DNA of 33,981 bases from Octopus bimaculoides (GCF_001194135.2 NC_068987.1:25168839-25202819), one strand, 5' to 3'; positions 1 through 10,774 are shown, counted from the first letter of the stretch. The notes: generated by a model from the sequence alone, not told the origin. Translations and numbers: made by a program.

Positions 1-189
1 GAGATGAAAGTTTAATCTATGACATTATATGTATCACTTTCTCTCTCTCTCCCTCTCCCTCTTTTACTCTTACTCTCTATATTTTTATGTTGAGCGCGTG
101 TGTAAGAATGGCGTTCCAGGTAGCAGGGATGAAATATAAAAGTTGCTAGAAACAACAGCCAAATCTCCCTTAAATCACACAAAGTAAAC

Positions 190-345
190 GGAATTTAAAA
201 AATCTAATTACTGCACTGGAAAGTTCAGATCGAGAAAATTCCATTGATGTAAAAATTTTTACGAAAAAGTGGAAAATGTGGATTTCTATAAACATTCAGA
301 AAGGCTTCACACAAACACACAATTTCAGATTTATATATTAAGATA
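190..345. repeat. Possible non-autonomous Helentron/DINE-like element end
   Basis: Ends in ...cacacaaacacacaatttcagatttatatattaagat before a (TA)n run, resembling termini of Helentron-derived non-autonomous elements. Recognised by resemblance only; no second end found. Confidence 0.25.
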
Positions 346-400
346 TATATATATATAACAAAAACAAACAAAAATGGCCACTCCTCAATGCTAGCACAAA

Positions 401-910
401 TGATGAACTATTAAATTCTACAATCAAGAGCCCTTCACTGTTCAGCTGTCCACTTCCTCATTTCTTCAGAATACCACAGGTGACACATCATCGTCATTGT
501 CATCATGTTCTACTGCTACTACCCTTACCAAAACTAAAGCATAGCAACAAGACCAGCATTGTAAGTCACTCTTCAATTCTAGAATTGCTGATGACCAATT
601 AAACTTCACAATAAAGAGCCCTTCACAGTTCAGCTGTTCACTTCCCCATTTCCTCTGAATATCATAACTGGCCCGTCATCATTATTTCCATCATGTTTTA
701 CTGCTGCTACTCTTACCACAACTAAACAATAGCAACAACAACAAGATCAGCATTGGAAGAACAATACTAGAACAATTGATGATCTATTAAACAACACAGT
801 CCCTAGCTCTTCTCTGCAATCAAACCAGTCAAATTCTCCTCAGAATAACACAAGTGATCCATCGTCACTATTATCCTCCTATTCTACTGCTACTACCATT
901 ACTACTACTA
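401..910. repeat. Degenerate tandem repeat, 188-bp period, about 2.7 copies
   Basis: Unit starts tgatgaactattaaa (401), tgatgaccaattaaa (589), tgatgatctattaaa (777). Shared blocks aagagcccttcac.gttcagctgt, ctactgctact and tagcaacaa...ga.cagcatt. Confidence 0.85.
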
Positions 911-1199
911 TTATTATCGATTAGAGCTCGAGGTAAGAGCAACTTTATTTCGTGGTTTTAAACCACAAGCTCTTTCGGCACGTCGTTACCAGTTATGGAA
1001 ATACGTCCGAGAATTTGTTACGAAAGTTTTGTAATTTTGGCAGTGCAAGCATACAGTGAAGAGAATAAATAGAAAGAAGTTCCTCCTTTCATTGTTAAAA
1101 ATCTATGGAAACATCTGTCAGTGTTTACCTACAGTGATAAAACTTTGCATTGACCTTTTATCATGGATTAAAGAATATAATGTGACTCAAAAACAAGTG

Positions 1200-1606
1200 T
1201 GTCCTTGACTGGGAAATCCACAGAACTTTGAGAAGCAACGTCCGTCAGCGATGTAAAACTGGAGATACAAGGATCTGTGTTGAAGATACAGTCGTTTGTA
1301 GTTGATAAGGTGGTGGATGGCGTCGACGTTGTGGTCGGAGTGGACGTGACCACACGATTCAGCGGTGAGATGGTTGGTGGGGCATGAGTAGAACTTAATG
1401 ACCGGTGCGCTGCGTTCCATGTGCGTGGAGCGGAGGAAGAAGGCTGTAGGAGTGGCAGATTTTCGGCAAAGAAAGGGGTCTCCATAGGCACAATTGAAGA
1501 CGAAGACGTCTGTGTTGAGTTCGATGGTGAAAGATGGACGGTGGAATATTATTTGAAAGGGGGAGCCTCCTGTACCGAGAAACAGGATGAGTTGTTTGAA
1601 ACCTGA
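1200..1606 (+). pseudogene. Gypsy/Ty3 LTR-retrotransposon pol relic (aspartic protease C-half plus linker before RT)
   Basis: One + frame from 1250 reads DVKLEIQGSVLKIQSFVVDKVVDGVDVVVGVDVTTRFSGEMVGGA*VELNDRCAAF...IEDEDVCVEFDGERWTVEYYLKG. This matches the retropepsin C-terminal D-V-V-x-G-x-D motif and the IED.DF..EFDG..WTV.W linker of invertebrate Gypsy pol. One in-frame stop at 1385; catalytic DTG not seen. Confidence 0.6.
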
Positions 1607-1689
1607 CTCAGTACCACAACGACGCAACACAGTCTGACACACTGTGCATGCACATAAAAACTTTGTAATGAAAACACTTTGGTCATCCT

Positions 1690-1870
1690 CCTGGAAAACT
1701 TCATCGCCAAAACGAGTGAGTCTAGAAAATTGTTTTAAATAATTTGAAGCATTACTTTTTCATATATCATATCATGTTTTGACATGAAGATTGAAAAAAA
1801 TCGGCCTTGTTTGTAAAACATTTGGGCTTAAGTTTGCACCCCTTAAGCAAATTTCGTTCCTGCGTCACTG
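1690..1870 (-). mobile_element. Possible DNA-transposon terminal fragment (hAT-like CAGTG.CG terminus)
   Basis: Minus strand begins cagtgacgcaggaacgaaatttgcttaaggggtgcaaac at 1870, resembling CAGTGGCGTA...GGGGGCAA termini. No convincing partner end. Confidence 0.3.
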
Positions 1871-2041
1871 TAGACTCATACATAGTTTTTGATTTCTAGA
1901 AACGGTGTTTATTAACAAGATATCTTTAAAGCAATGATCTTCGATCTTTTACCATCGCAGCCTTTTCCGGCAAATCTATAATCCTCCACAATCCTTTATC
2001 ATAATATTCCACACAAAAAATAAAAACAGACTATTTCTTTA

Positions 2042-2294
2042 TCTTTTACTTCTTTCAGTCGTTATTCTGTGGTCAAGTTGGGGCACCGACATGACGGATT
2101 TAATTGAATAAATCGACCTCAGTACTTATTTTTTAAGTCTGGTACTTAAATCTGTCGAACAGCTAAGTTACGGGTACATAAACAAACCAGCGGTTATGGA
2201 GACCAAGCCAAACGCAAAGAAATCCCCCCACACACACACACACGGCGTTCATCAAATTAATTCACAAGGTATTGGTTAGCTTGAAGCTATACTA
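2042..2294 (-). mobile_element. SINE family A, diverged copy, left piece (split by mariner 1)
   Basis: Aligns to the reverse complement of the intact family A copy at 25750-26138 (ttttactt.tttcagtc, aatcgacc, gctaagttacggg, tcacaagg...gctata). Stops at the TA at 2293-2294. Confidence 0.8.
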
Positions 2295-2359
2295 TCAGGC
2301 TGAGTAAAAAGTAAAAATGAAATTCATCACAATATATTTCAACAATGCGGAAATTTTAT

Positions 2360-3373
2360 TCATCAAAGTAAATACCATTACAATCAACACATTTTTGTCA
2401 ACGAGTTACAATTTGTTTATTCCGGTAACATAAAAAATCTGGAGTCCTGGAGCTGAACATCTTTGAACGCATATTCAGCATCGGTTTGATTTTTGAACTC
2501 CTTCTTTCGCTGGAAACCAACAAGGTGCTTGAAAAAGCAGTAGTCGGTAGGAGAAAGGTCTGGGGAATAAGCTGCGTGGGGAAGAACTTCGTAGCCAAAT
2601 TGTCTCAACTTCTGGATCCTCATTAGTGAAACGTGTGGTCGAGCATTGTCATAAAGAATAACTGGTCCTCTTCTGTTGACCAGTCTGGGGCGAAGGAGTA
2701 GCAGTTTTTCGTTCATTTTGGCAATTTCATAGCAATATGTTTCTGCAGCAATGGTTTTTCCGGGTTTTAAGAAATTATAGAGGATGAGTCCAGCAGTACG
2801 CCATAAAACAGTCACCATAAACCTCTTTTTGAAGAGCTCGGCTTTAGGGAAGTTTTTTGGAGCTTCATTTAGGTCCAACCACCGCGATGAATGTTTTTTT
2901 ATTATTGTACAGAATCCACTTTTCATCGCAAGTTATAATACGGTCGAGAAATGGATCGGTCTGGTTAAGGAGAAGAAGCGACGAGCAAATTTCATACCTG
3001 CGTATATTCTGATTTTCATTGAAATCGTGCAGTGTCATTTTGTCGAGTTTTTTGATTTTCTGTAAATAGTTGCAGGCAGTATTCTGGCTAACTTGAAGTT
3101 CTTTTGTCAGTTCTCGAGTGGTTTTATGTGGATTTTTCTCAATGACGTCTTTAATTGATCGTCATCCATAACAGATGGGCGTCCATTACGCTCACGATAT
3201 TCAATGCTCAGGTCTCCACTTCGAAATCGTTTAAACCATTTTCGAGCGGACCACTCACTGGTCATTTCCTCACCAAACGTTTCATTGATATCGCGAGTAG
3301 TTTCAGCTGCTTTACGTCCTTTTATGAAGATGAGTAGCAAATTTGTTTGAATATCGCGCTTTGTCAGTTCCAT
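2360..3373 (-). pseudogene. Mariner transposase pseudogene (frameshifts and stops)
   Basis: MELTKRDIQTNLLLIFIKGRKAAETTRDINETFG...WFKRFRSGD...GRPS; ITCDEKWILY; VMVTVLW; YDNARPH; YSPDLSPTDY; C-terminal QKCVDCNGIYFDE. Confidence 0.95.
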
Positions 3374-3388
3374 TTCAGATGATTGTAA

Positions 3389-5123
3389 CAGATTTCTTTT
3401 ATTTAGGCACATGGCCTTTATAAAGAGGGGACACCACAAGGACAGACTAAACAAGTCAATGGGGGTACATATAAATATATATCGGATGAATTATGAATAT
3501 GATGAAAATGAGGATGAAATGGCTTACTTGCCCCCCAAAGCAAATAGTTTCATTTTACTGTTTTTTTAAATTACAGTTTTACTTTACAGTCTTGTATCTT
3601 TTCCTTTAACACAAAATTACAACAAATATTGTACTATATCGTCGAAAATTACAACAGGCGGTAGCTCGTCGTATCTATACCGAAGTGGTGTTATTTCAAT
3701 TCTTTTTTTTTTTTCCAAATAGTTCTACTAACCTCTCCTCTCTCCAACAGCACGCCCTTCTTACCTTCATGATTTACCATTTTCACTCTGATAACATTTT
3801 TCATTTTTGTTACTCTCTCTTCAATTTCGACGCTTTTTTCATATGCTATGACACTTCTTAAGTTTCTCCCTGTAAGCATCGGTCTCTGATATCCTTCACC
3901 ACTCTCTTCGTCCATCATAAATATCTCTGTCTCTACTTCGCTGTCTCTTTCGTTTCCTTCTTTCTTACGTACTCCTTCTTCCTTGCTAGTTGAAGGTGAC
4001 GGTTCGTGCGTTCGCACTTCACTTGATTTTTCATTTGGTTTTCCATTTTTTCTCTTGTTCTCCTCTTCGCTTGTCTTTCTTTTTTTCTCCTTGGGGCTTT
4101 TTGGTGGCGATTCTAAGTCCTTTTATCTTTTCACCACCGTAAATAGCTCCTCCATTTTCTCCTCCCCTGCGGCTGTACTCTCTTCTTCTTGAATTTCTTT
4201 TTCTGTTATTTCCTCCTTGTGTTTCTGGGGACACTTGGCCTTCATGTGTCCCCTTACTGCACACAAAAACCATATTGGAGGTCTACCCTTCACAACAATC
4301 CTCAATATAATCTCATCCGGCAAAACCAGCTCTTCCACAATCTTATGGAAATCTGGCAGGCTTATATGGACTGTTACCTCTAGTCCATATCCCCAACAGT
4401 TCACCTCCGTAGTTTTGAACATTTTCAAAATTTCTGCATCTTCCTCTGTATGGTAGAGGATGACTGCAACCAGCCATGCTTCATCAATTTCAGGGTGCAC
4501 TCTACTTATCTTTACTCTGGCGGCACGTTTGCCACAGTAAGTAGGTAGTAGTGCCTACTCAGTTGATCTCAAGGCCACAGTGGAGGATTTATTTGCTTCA
4601 TTTTTGTTTACAAAGCGCACCTCCACAGTGCTGAATTTCCGTCCTCTGGTGTAGAACGTGGTAAAGTCCTTCACCTCTCTCAAACACTCCTCAACTGCTT
4701 CTACCGTTGCTATTTCTACTTTCTTCGTTGCTATGTTTAACGTTCTGTAGATAATAGTTCTTTTCTCGGTATTCTCACTGACTTCCTTGGGAGACGTCAG
4801 CCCTAAGACAGTCCCCCTCCTTTTCCAACAAGTCGTTATACTTCTTGAAATTCTTGTCTTTAACTTCTATTTCACGGACTTGCAGTAGCTACGCTGACAG
4901 ACTTTTGCCAGTCACTGCAGCATAACTGCCCGCTTGCACTCGTCTGTTTTCCATATTTTTCACCACTTCACCCATAAATGGGGAAGACAAATAAAAATTC
5001 CAACAAATTCAACAATAACAATGCAACAGTTCAGGAAATAACAGGTTTACAATAACAGGTTAACAATTACCGTACTCACATTTTAACTCACTCAAATACA
5101 ACGACAACTCTCGGCTTTACACC
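3389..5123 (-). mobile_element. ORF1-only non-LTR retroelement (Tx1/L1-like gag, no RT), with 13-bp TSD
   Basis: Flanked by cagatgattgtaa (3376-3388) and cagatgattataa (5124-5136), 12/13 identical. About 170-nt 5' UTR, ORF1 at 4954-3691, about 300-nt 3' UTR ending ...gcctaaataaaagaaatctg with AATAAA. No endonuclease or RT sequence. Confidence 0.85.
3691..4954 (-). pseudogene. gag-like ORF1 of non-LTR retroelement, about 420 codons, 1 frameshift and 3 in-frame stops
   Basis: MENRRVQAGSYAAVTG...KRTIIYRTLNIATKKVE...FSTVEVRFVNKNEA...RVKISRVHPEIDEAWL...GRPPIWFLCAVRGHMKAKCPQ (CX2CX4HX4C knuckle with first C mutated to W), then a K/E-rich tail. ORF-track pieces 4123-4500 and 3691-4017 are in the same frame. 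Confidence 0.85.
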
Positions 5124-5308
5124 CAGATGATTATAATAGCGGCGAAAAAAACATTATTGTTTATTTATTGATGCATTTGGGCAAGTCTATGTCTGTATTA
5201 TCAGACAATTGCAAAAAAATGTTTAGAGAAAACAAACTCAGAAGCCTGCAAAAATCCGGTACAAATTCTCCATAGTTCCAAACGTTGCTTACTTTTTACT
5301 CAACCTGA

Positions 5309-5398
5309 TAGAAGATTCTTGCATAAGGTGCCACGCACGGGAAACTGAACACTAAACCACATGGCTGCAAAGTGAGCTTCTTAACCACATCTGCGCCT
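5309..5398 (-). mobile_element. SINE family A, right piece (tRNA-like head) of the copy split by mariner 1
   Basis: TAgaagattcttgcataaggtgccacgcacgggaaactgaac...aaccacat...ctgcgcct continues the family A sequence gctatagTAgaagacacttgcccaaggtgccacgc exactly where the left piece stops. Confidence 0.85.
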
Positions 5399-6437
5399 AA
5401 AAATCTAATGAAAAATACAATTTTATATTTTTCTAGTAGAAACGTTCCTCGGTTTGCAAGTGTGGTGATCAAGAATCCTCCGACAGTTTAGACGATGAGC
5501 ATTCAGTTGTTCCATCAGCTGAATTATCTACTTGTTAATTTAGCGTATAATAGGCTGACTATTCTGCAAATGGTTATTCTCAAATAGAATCCGCGTGATA
5601 TAATATGTGACAAAGCTGAACTTTGAAATGCAGTGAAAAATTTTGAAAACAATATATGAAACTATTACCTTATTTTATTAATCATATTTGTCTATAAGGA
5701 ATCCATTAACTATTCCTATGATTATTAATTATTCATGATTCAAACAAAAGTGTATAGATTCTCTAAAGCTTTAGATTATATTTTTAAAACCACGCAGTGC
5801 GCGTAGATATTTTTTACGACACGCGGTTTACAAACTACTGGCTAGGATTATTTTATTAAGAAAGAATAAATATATGAAATTATAATCACTTGATTCTAGT
5901 TTCACAGTAAAATTAATCTCCCTTGATTATATCACAGAAAGATTATTAGCAGCTTGGGATGAGGACTGAGCAAACTTGTTTCGTTGGTTTTTAAGATTCA
6001 TCGGGGGTTGCTCAGCTCTTGTAATCTTCAGAATGATATCAGCGGAAATTTACGTATTACAACATAAACAAAAATTGTAACAGACATCATTCATTTACAT
6101 AATTGTACAGGACAACGACACGACAATAATTCCAAGTGTTCTAAAACAGTGTGGGCTTTGAGTGTATGTATGTATGTATGTATGTACACGAACTCATTGT
6201 GTATACGTACTTAGCGTCGCTGGGAAATTAGACTGTGGTTAGATCACATATTATAACTGTCATCGTGAGTGGTGGTTTTTGAAATGATTTTGCATGTATT
6301 TGTATGTAAAATATATAAAAAAAAAGACGAAAGAAAAGGGTAGAAGAAATAAATATAGAATGATAGAAATAAGCGATATTTAGATAGATGAATAGCAACA
6401 AAGCAATTACACTGACACGCACATATATGAGTGTAGG

Positions 6438-6472
<35 letters not shown>

Positions 6473-6793
6473 NNNNNNNNNNNNNNNNNNNNNNNNNNNN
6501 NNNNNNNNNNNNNNNNNNNNNNNNNNNNNNNNNNNNNNNNNNNNNNNNNNNNNNNNNNNNNNNNNNNNNNNNNNNNNNNNNNNNNNNNNNNNNNNNNNNN
6601 NNNNNNNNNNNNNNNNNNNNNNNNNNNNNNNNNNNNNNNNNNNNNNNNNNNNNNNNNNNNNNNNNNNNNNNNNNNNNNNNNNNNNNNNNNNNNNNNNNNN
6701 NNNNNNNNNNNNNNNNNNNNNNNNNNNNNNNNNNNNNNNNNNNNNNNNNNNNNNNNNNNNNNNNNNNNNNNNNNNNNNNNNNNNNNNNNNNNN
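6473..6793. other. Assembly gap (N-run) next to (TA)n
   Basis: N-run preceded by (TA)n at about 6444-6472. Confidence 1.
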
Positions 6794-6829
6794 AACTGAA
6801 CACAGGAAGTGAAAGACCATAACTAAGTA

Positions 6830-8082
6830 TTAAGTTGTTAAGAAAGTTCTTGCGGAATTTTTAATTTTGGTTTTAAATGATGTATTTTCAAATTAATTTT
6901 CCTTAAATTACTTTGACTTTATATATCATTTTAAAGCCTGTTTTTCGCTCTATCTAATCGTTTTACTGTTTTTCTTTTTTAATAATTAGGCCATTTTTTC
7001 CGGAACGTTGAATACAACACGGACAAAAGGCAAATTCGCACAATTTTCTTATTCCAGTTCAAGCTAGGCCGAAAAGATGCTGAAACAGCTCGCGATATCA
7101 ACGATGCACAGCACAACGGTATTTCAAGAAATTTCGTAGCGGTGACAAGAGTCTTGAAGATGATAAGCGTAGTGGTCAGCCATCGCATGTTGACAACGAT
7201 CAACTTAGAGCCTTAGTGGAAGCCAATCCACGCACAACTGTTCGAGAGCTTGCTTCTGAATTAGACGTAGCGTATACGATAATTTCCAACCACTTGAAAG
7301 AGACTGGAAAAACAAAAAATTTGAGAAATGGGTGCCACTCGAATTGAACGACAGCCAAAAGAAACGCTGTTTTGAAGTGTTGTTTTCCCTTCTTTTACGC
7401 AAGAAGAACGACCCGTTTCTCAACCGGATTGTGACTTGCGATGAAAAGTGGATTCTTTACGACAACCGGCGACGTCTAGCTCAGTGGTTGGACGCCGACG
7501 AAGCTCCACGGCACTTCCCGAAGTCAAAGTTGCACCAAAAAGAAGTTCATGGGGACTGTTTGGTGGTCTGCAGTCGGTCTGATCCATCATAGCTTTTTGG
7601 ATCCAGGCGAAACCATTACAGCGGAGAAATACTGTCAGCAAATGGTTGAAATGCATAAGAAACTTCAACAACAACAGCCAGCATTAGTCAATAGAAAACG
7701 ACCAATTCTTCTTCACGACAACGCTCGGCAGCACGTCGCACAACTGACCCTGCAGAAGGTGAACGAATTGGGCTACGAAACTGTGCCTCATCCGCCATAC
7801 TCACCAGAACTCTCGCCTACCGACTACCACTTTTTCAAGCCTTTCGACAACTTCCTGCGTGAGAAAGGCTTCAAAAACCAAGACGATGCCAAACACGCCT
7901 TCAACGACTTCATCGCCACCAGGACGCAGGATTTTTATGCTACTGGCATGAATAAACTTGTTTCGCGTTGGCAAAAGTGTGTTGATTCTGATGGTGTTTA
8001 TTTCGATTAATAAAGTTTTGTTTGAGCCGAGATATGTGCATCTGAATTTAAAGGTTAAAAGAACCTTTTTGGCAAGCTTATA
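6830..8082 (+). mobile_element. Mariner 2: near full-length decayed D,D34D mariner (Hsmar1-like)
   Basis: Left end TA-ttaagttgttaagaaagttcttgcgg resembles the Hsmar1 TIR (TTAGGTTGGTGCAAAAGTAATTGCGG). Degenerate right end aagaacctttttggcaagcttata at about 8059-8082. Length about 1.25 kb. Confidence 0.85.
7019..8010 (+). pseudogene. Mariner transposase pseudogene
   Basis: Start mutated (ACG). (T)DKRQIRTIFLFQFKLGRK..ETARDINDA, short deletion, then RIVTCDEKWILYDNRRR, TVWWSAVGLIH, LLHDNARQH, HPPYSPELSPTDYHFFK, RWQKCVDSDGVYFD*. At least three frame disruptions. Confidence 0.97.
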
Positions 8083-8710
8083 AAATAAGAGATTTTGCTC
8101 GACTTTCAACTGATTTTGTCAATTTATAACTCTGCCTCCTCCGAATTATTATAAGTTATTTTCATATTTGCCGCAAGGGTCTTCGACGTTGGAACAGTAT
8201 AAAGGCGAAATATATTGAAAAGCAGAAATAAGAAACAGTGCTTTTATTTTTTATTACGTCTGAAAAAAATGGTGAGATCAACCATAACAAGGAAATTAAG
8301 AACCTTTGCAGATGTGTCAACATCTGCATCAACCAGTGTATTAGCATCCGCGACAACCCGTGATCTCCTTGCTGTGTACGTTGGCATCAGATGCGCCTTC
8401 TGGCTAGCAAAGTCTGTTCGTTCCACAAGAAGCGAAAGATCATACGATCCGACCTGGTGACCGACTATATGTTCCAATATGGTGACTACGTATGATAGCA
8501 ATACACTACCGAAGTAATATATACCCCAACTACCTCCATCCGATATTCTAGGAGCAGCTTCCTCTCAAATCATATCTGATTGAGACTGGCCACCCTGTTC
8601 ACGACTTTTACTAGTTTTATCCACTTAGATATTAGGTTCGAACCAGATACCAAGTGACTTAACTGGACATCAGTTCAACAACAAAAGCCATTGTACCATA
8701 TACACGCATC

Positions 8711-8927
8711 GTTTGTATGTATTTGTCTCCCCAACCACCATCGCTTGACAGTTGGTGTGTTTACGTCTCCGCAATTTAGTAGTTCAGCCAAAGAGTTCGA
8801 TAGAATAAGTACGAGGCATTAAAAAAAAAATCAAGTACTGGAATCGATTCATTCAACTAAGAATTCTTCAAGGCGGTGCCTCAGCATGGCCGCGTTCTGA
8901 TAACTGAAACAAGTAAAAAATAAAAGA
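8711..8927 (+). mobile_element. SINE family A, 3' half
   Basis: catcgcttgaca...gtgtgtttacgtc...gatagaataagtac...aaggcggtgcc.cagcatggccgc...actgaaacaagtaaaa. Confidence 0.85.
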
Positions 8928-8934
8928 TACATAT

Positions 8935-9045
8935 ATACTTAAAGACACGCATACATGCATACACACACGCGCGCACACAGACACACACGCACGCACACAC
9001 ACACACACTCACACATACACACTCACATACACGTGCACACATATA
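8935..9045. repeat. Compound (CA)n/(CACG) microsatellite
   Basis: Direct reading; source of the HTHT ORF artefact. Confidence 0.95.
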
Positions 9046-9252
9046 CTTTGATATTCTTCAAAAGGAATATTACCTATAAATGTGGAAATGCTATGTACAC
9101 TCCTGATTGCATAATTCTATATAATCTTGCATGTTATTCCACACCGAATTGTATGACACAATGTGTAAATAATAAATTTGCTACTGAAATGCGTGTAGGA
9201 ATATCCATATAATCCACTCGTTTCATGTTTCTTATCTATAAATACATTTGAC

Positions 9253-10032
9253 TGTGTGATAAGAAGCTTGCTTCCCGACCATATGGTTCCAGGTTCAGTC
9301 CCACTATTGGACAAGTGTCTTCTACCTAAGCCACGGGCCGACCAAAACCTTGTCCCTGGATTTGGTAGACGCAAACTGAAAGAAACTCGCCATATATATA
9401 TATGTTNNNNNNNNNNNNNNNNNNNNNNNNNNNNNNNNNNNNNNNNNNNNNNNNNNNNNNNNNNNNNNNNNNNNNNNNNNNNNNNNNNNNNNNNNNNNNN
9501 NNNNNNNNNNNNNNNNNNNNNNNNNNNNNNNNNNNNNNNNNNNNNNNNNNNNNNNTATATATAATTATGTGGAGAATGGAGAAACAAACACAAGAAGAAG
9601 CAAGTCCACATAATTATAATTATAAACTGCGGTTTAAACAATAAATTACCTGCCTCTGGATACCTTCTAACGAAGACGGTACCCACACAAGTAATTTCCA
9701 GGAGTGCCTTCGGATTTAACTATCCCCTGGTTGCTTAGATACTTCAGACTACCCCAGAAATATTGAAGCAATCCTATCATTTACCTATATATATGCATAT
9801 ATCTATGCGAATATGTGTCTTTGTGTATGTTTTTATTCCCCCATCTGAGCTTGACAACCGGTGTTAGTTTGTTTACGTCCTCGTAACTTAGCGGTTCAGC
9901 AAAAAGAGATCAATAGAATAAGTACTAGGCTTAAAAAATAAGTCCTAGGGTCAATTTGTTCGACTAAATCCCTTCAAGGCGATGCTCCAGCACGGCCTCC
10001 ATGAAGTGACTGAAGCAATAAAAGAATAAAAA
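9253..10032 (+). mobile_element. SINE family A: 5' part (9253-9390) and 3' part (9815-10032) separated by microsatellite, gap 9407-9555 and unrelated sequence
   Basis: Head gtgtgataagaagcttgcttcc...ggttcagtccc...ggatttggtagacgcaaactgaaagaa. Tail gcttgacaaccggtg...aataagtactaggc...gactgaagcaataaaagaataaaa. Whether both halves belong to one insertion is inferred. Confidence 0.7.
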
Positions 10033-10559
10033 TTTCGTATTCTTTGTTTTTTAAATGGCTTATAAACAACATACGCATACACAGACACACAGACACACAA
10101 GGAAAGAGAGAGAGAGAGAGAGAGAGAGAAGCATTAGAAATTCGACACAAATAAATGCTAAGAGTGTATATACGCATATATGTATATAAATATATGTAGC
10201 ATAAAGGCTGGCCAAATATAGATACAAAGAAGAATTCTAATAATAATCATTAATAAAAGAAAGAATTAAAGAGGCAGATAGGTAGATATCACGAATAAAC
10301 AGTTCTGCATCCAATCAGTATTATGTTGTATGTATGTGTGGGTGTTCATGTGCGTGTGTATATGCTTATGTGTGTATGTGTGTGTGCGCGTATGCATGTG
10401 TGGGTGTGTGTCGAAAATTCTATATTTTTTTGATTGCTACTTATTGAAATATTAAATAATTACATCACGAGATTATGAAAATATGTCCAACCCCAACAAA
10501 CAAGGAATTCGTCCATTCCATCTGCAATAGAATTTATGTTCTACCATGAGAAAGTGTTG

Positions 10560-10687
10560 CTTCAATACACACACAAACACACACATGCACACACACACAC
10601 ATACACATATATATATACAAACATATATACACTCACATATAATACTATACTGTATATTATATATATATATATATATATGCATATATT

Positions 10688-10774
<87 letters not shown>

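Larger units (their letters stand above)
2295..5308 (-). mobile_element. Mariner 1: full-length decayed D,D34D mariner (Hsmar1/cecropia-like), interrupted by a 1.7-kb insertion
   Basis: TIRs tcaggctgagtaaaaagtaa (2295-2314) and ttactttttactcaacctga (5289-5308) match 19/20 and are flanked by TA duplications (2293-94, 5309-10). About 1266 bp after removing the insert and one TSD copy. Confidence 0.95.

Noticed and set aside
401-910. CRISPR-like or other prokaryotic repeat-spacer system
   Set aside because: The units are contiguous diverged 188-mers without unique spacers, no cas-like ORFs are present and the context is eukaryotic.
935-1005. Second hammerhead candidate on the minus strand (ctggtaa...ccgaaagagc...gctctt; hairpin aagagc/gctctt enclosing gtggttt/aaaccac)
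   Set aside because: The hairpin is real, but the core has two mismatches to CUGANGA, stem II is imperfect and stem I cannot be formed.
1168-1491. Mucin-like Ser/Thr/Pro-rich ORF on the minus strand
   Set aside because: It is the antisense shadow of the Val/Asp/Gly-rich Gypsy-like frame on the plus strand, and it has an in-frame stop at 1549-1551 just upstream.
5595-5935. Inverted 10-mer gtgatataat / attatatcac as MITE ends
   Set aside because: Short, AT-rich, does not extend cleanly and has no TSD; compatible with chance.
7019-8010. SETMAR/Metnase-like domesticated gene
   Set aside because: The start codon is mutated, there are several frameshifts, TIRs are present and there is no SET domain. 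It is an ordinary dead mariner.
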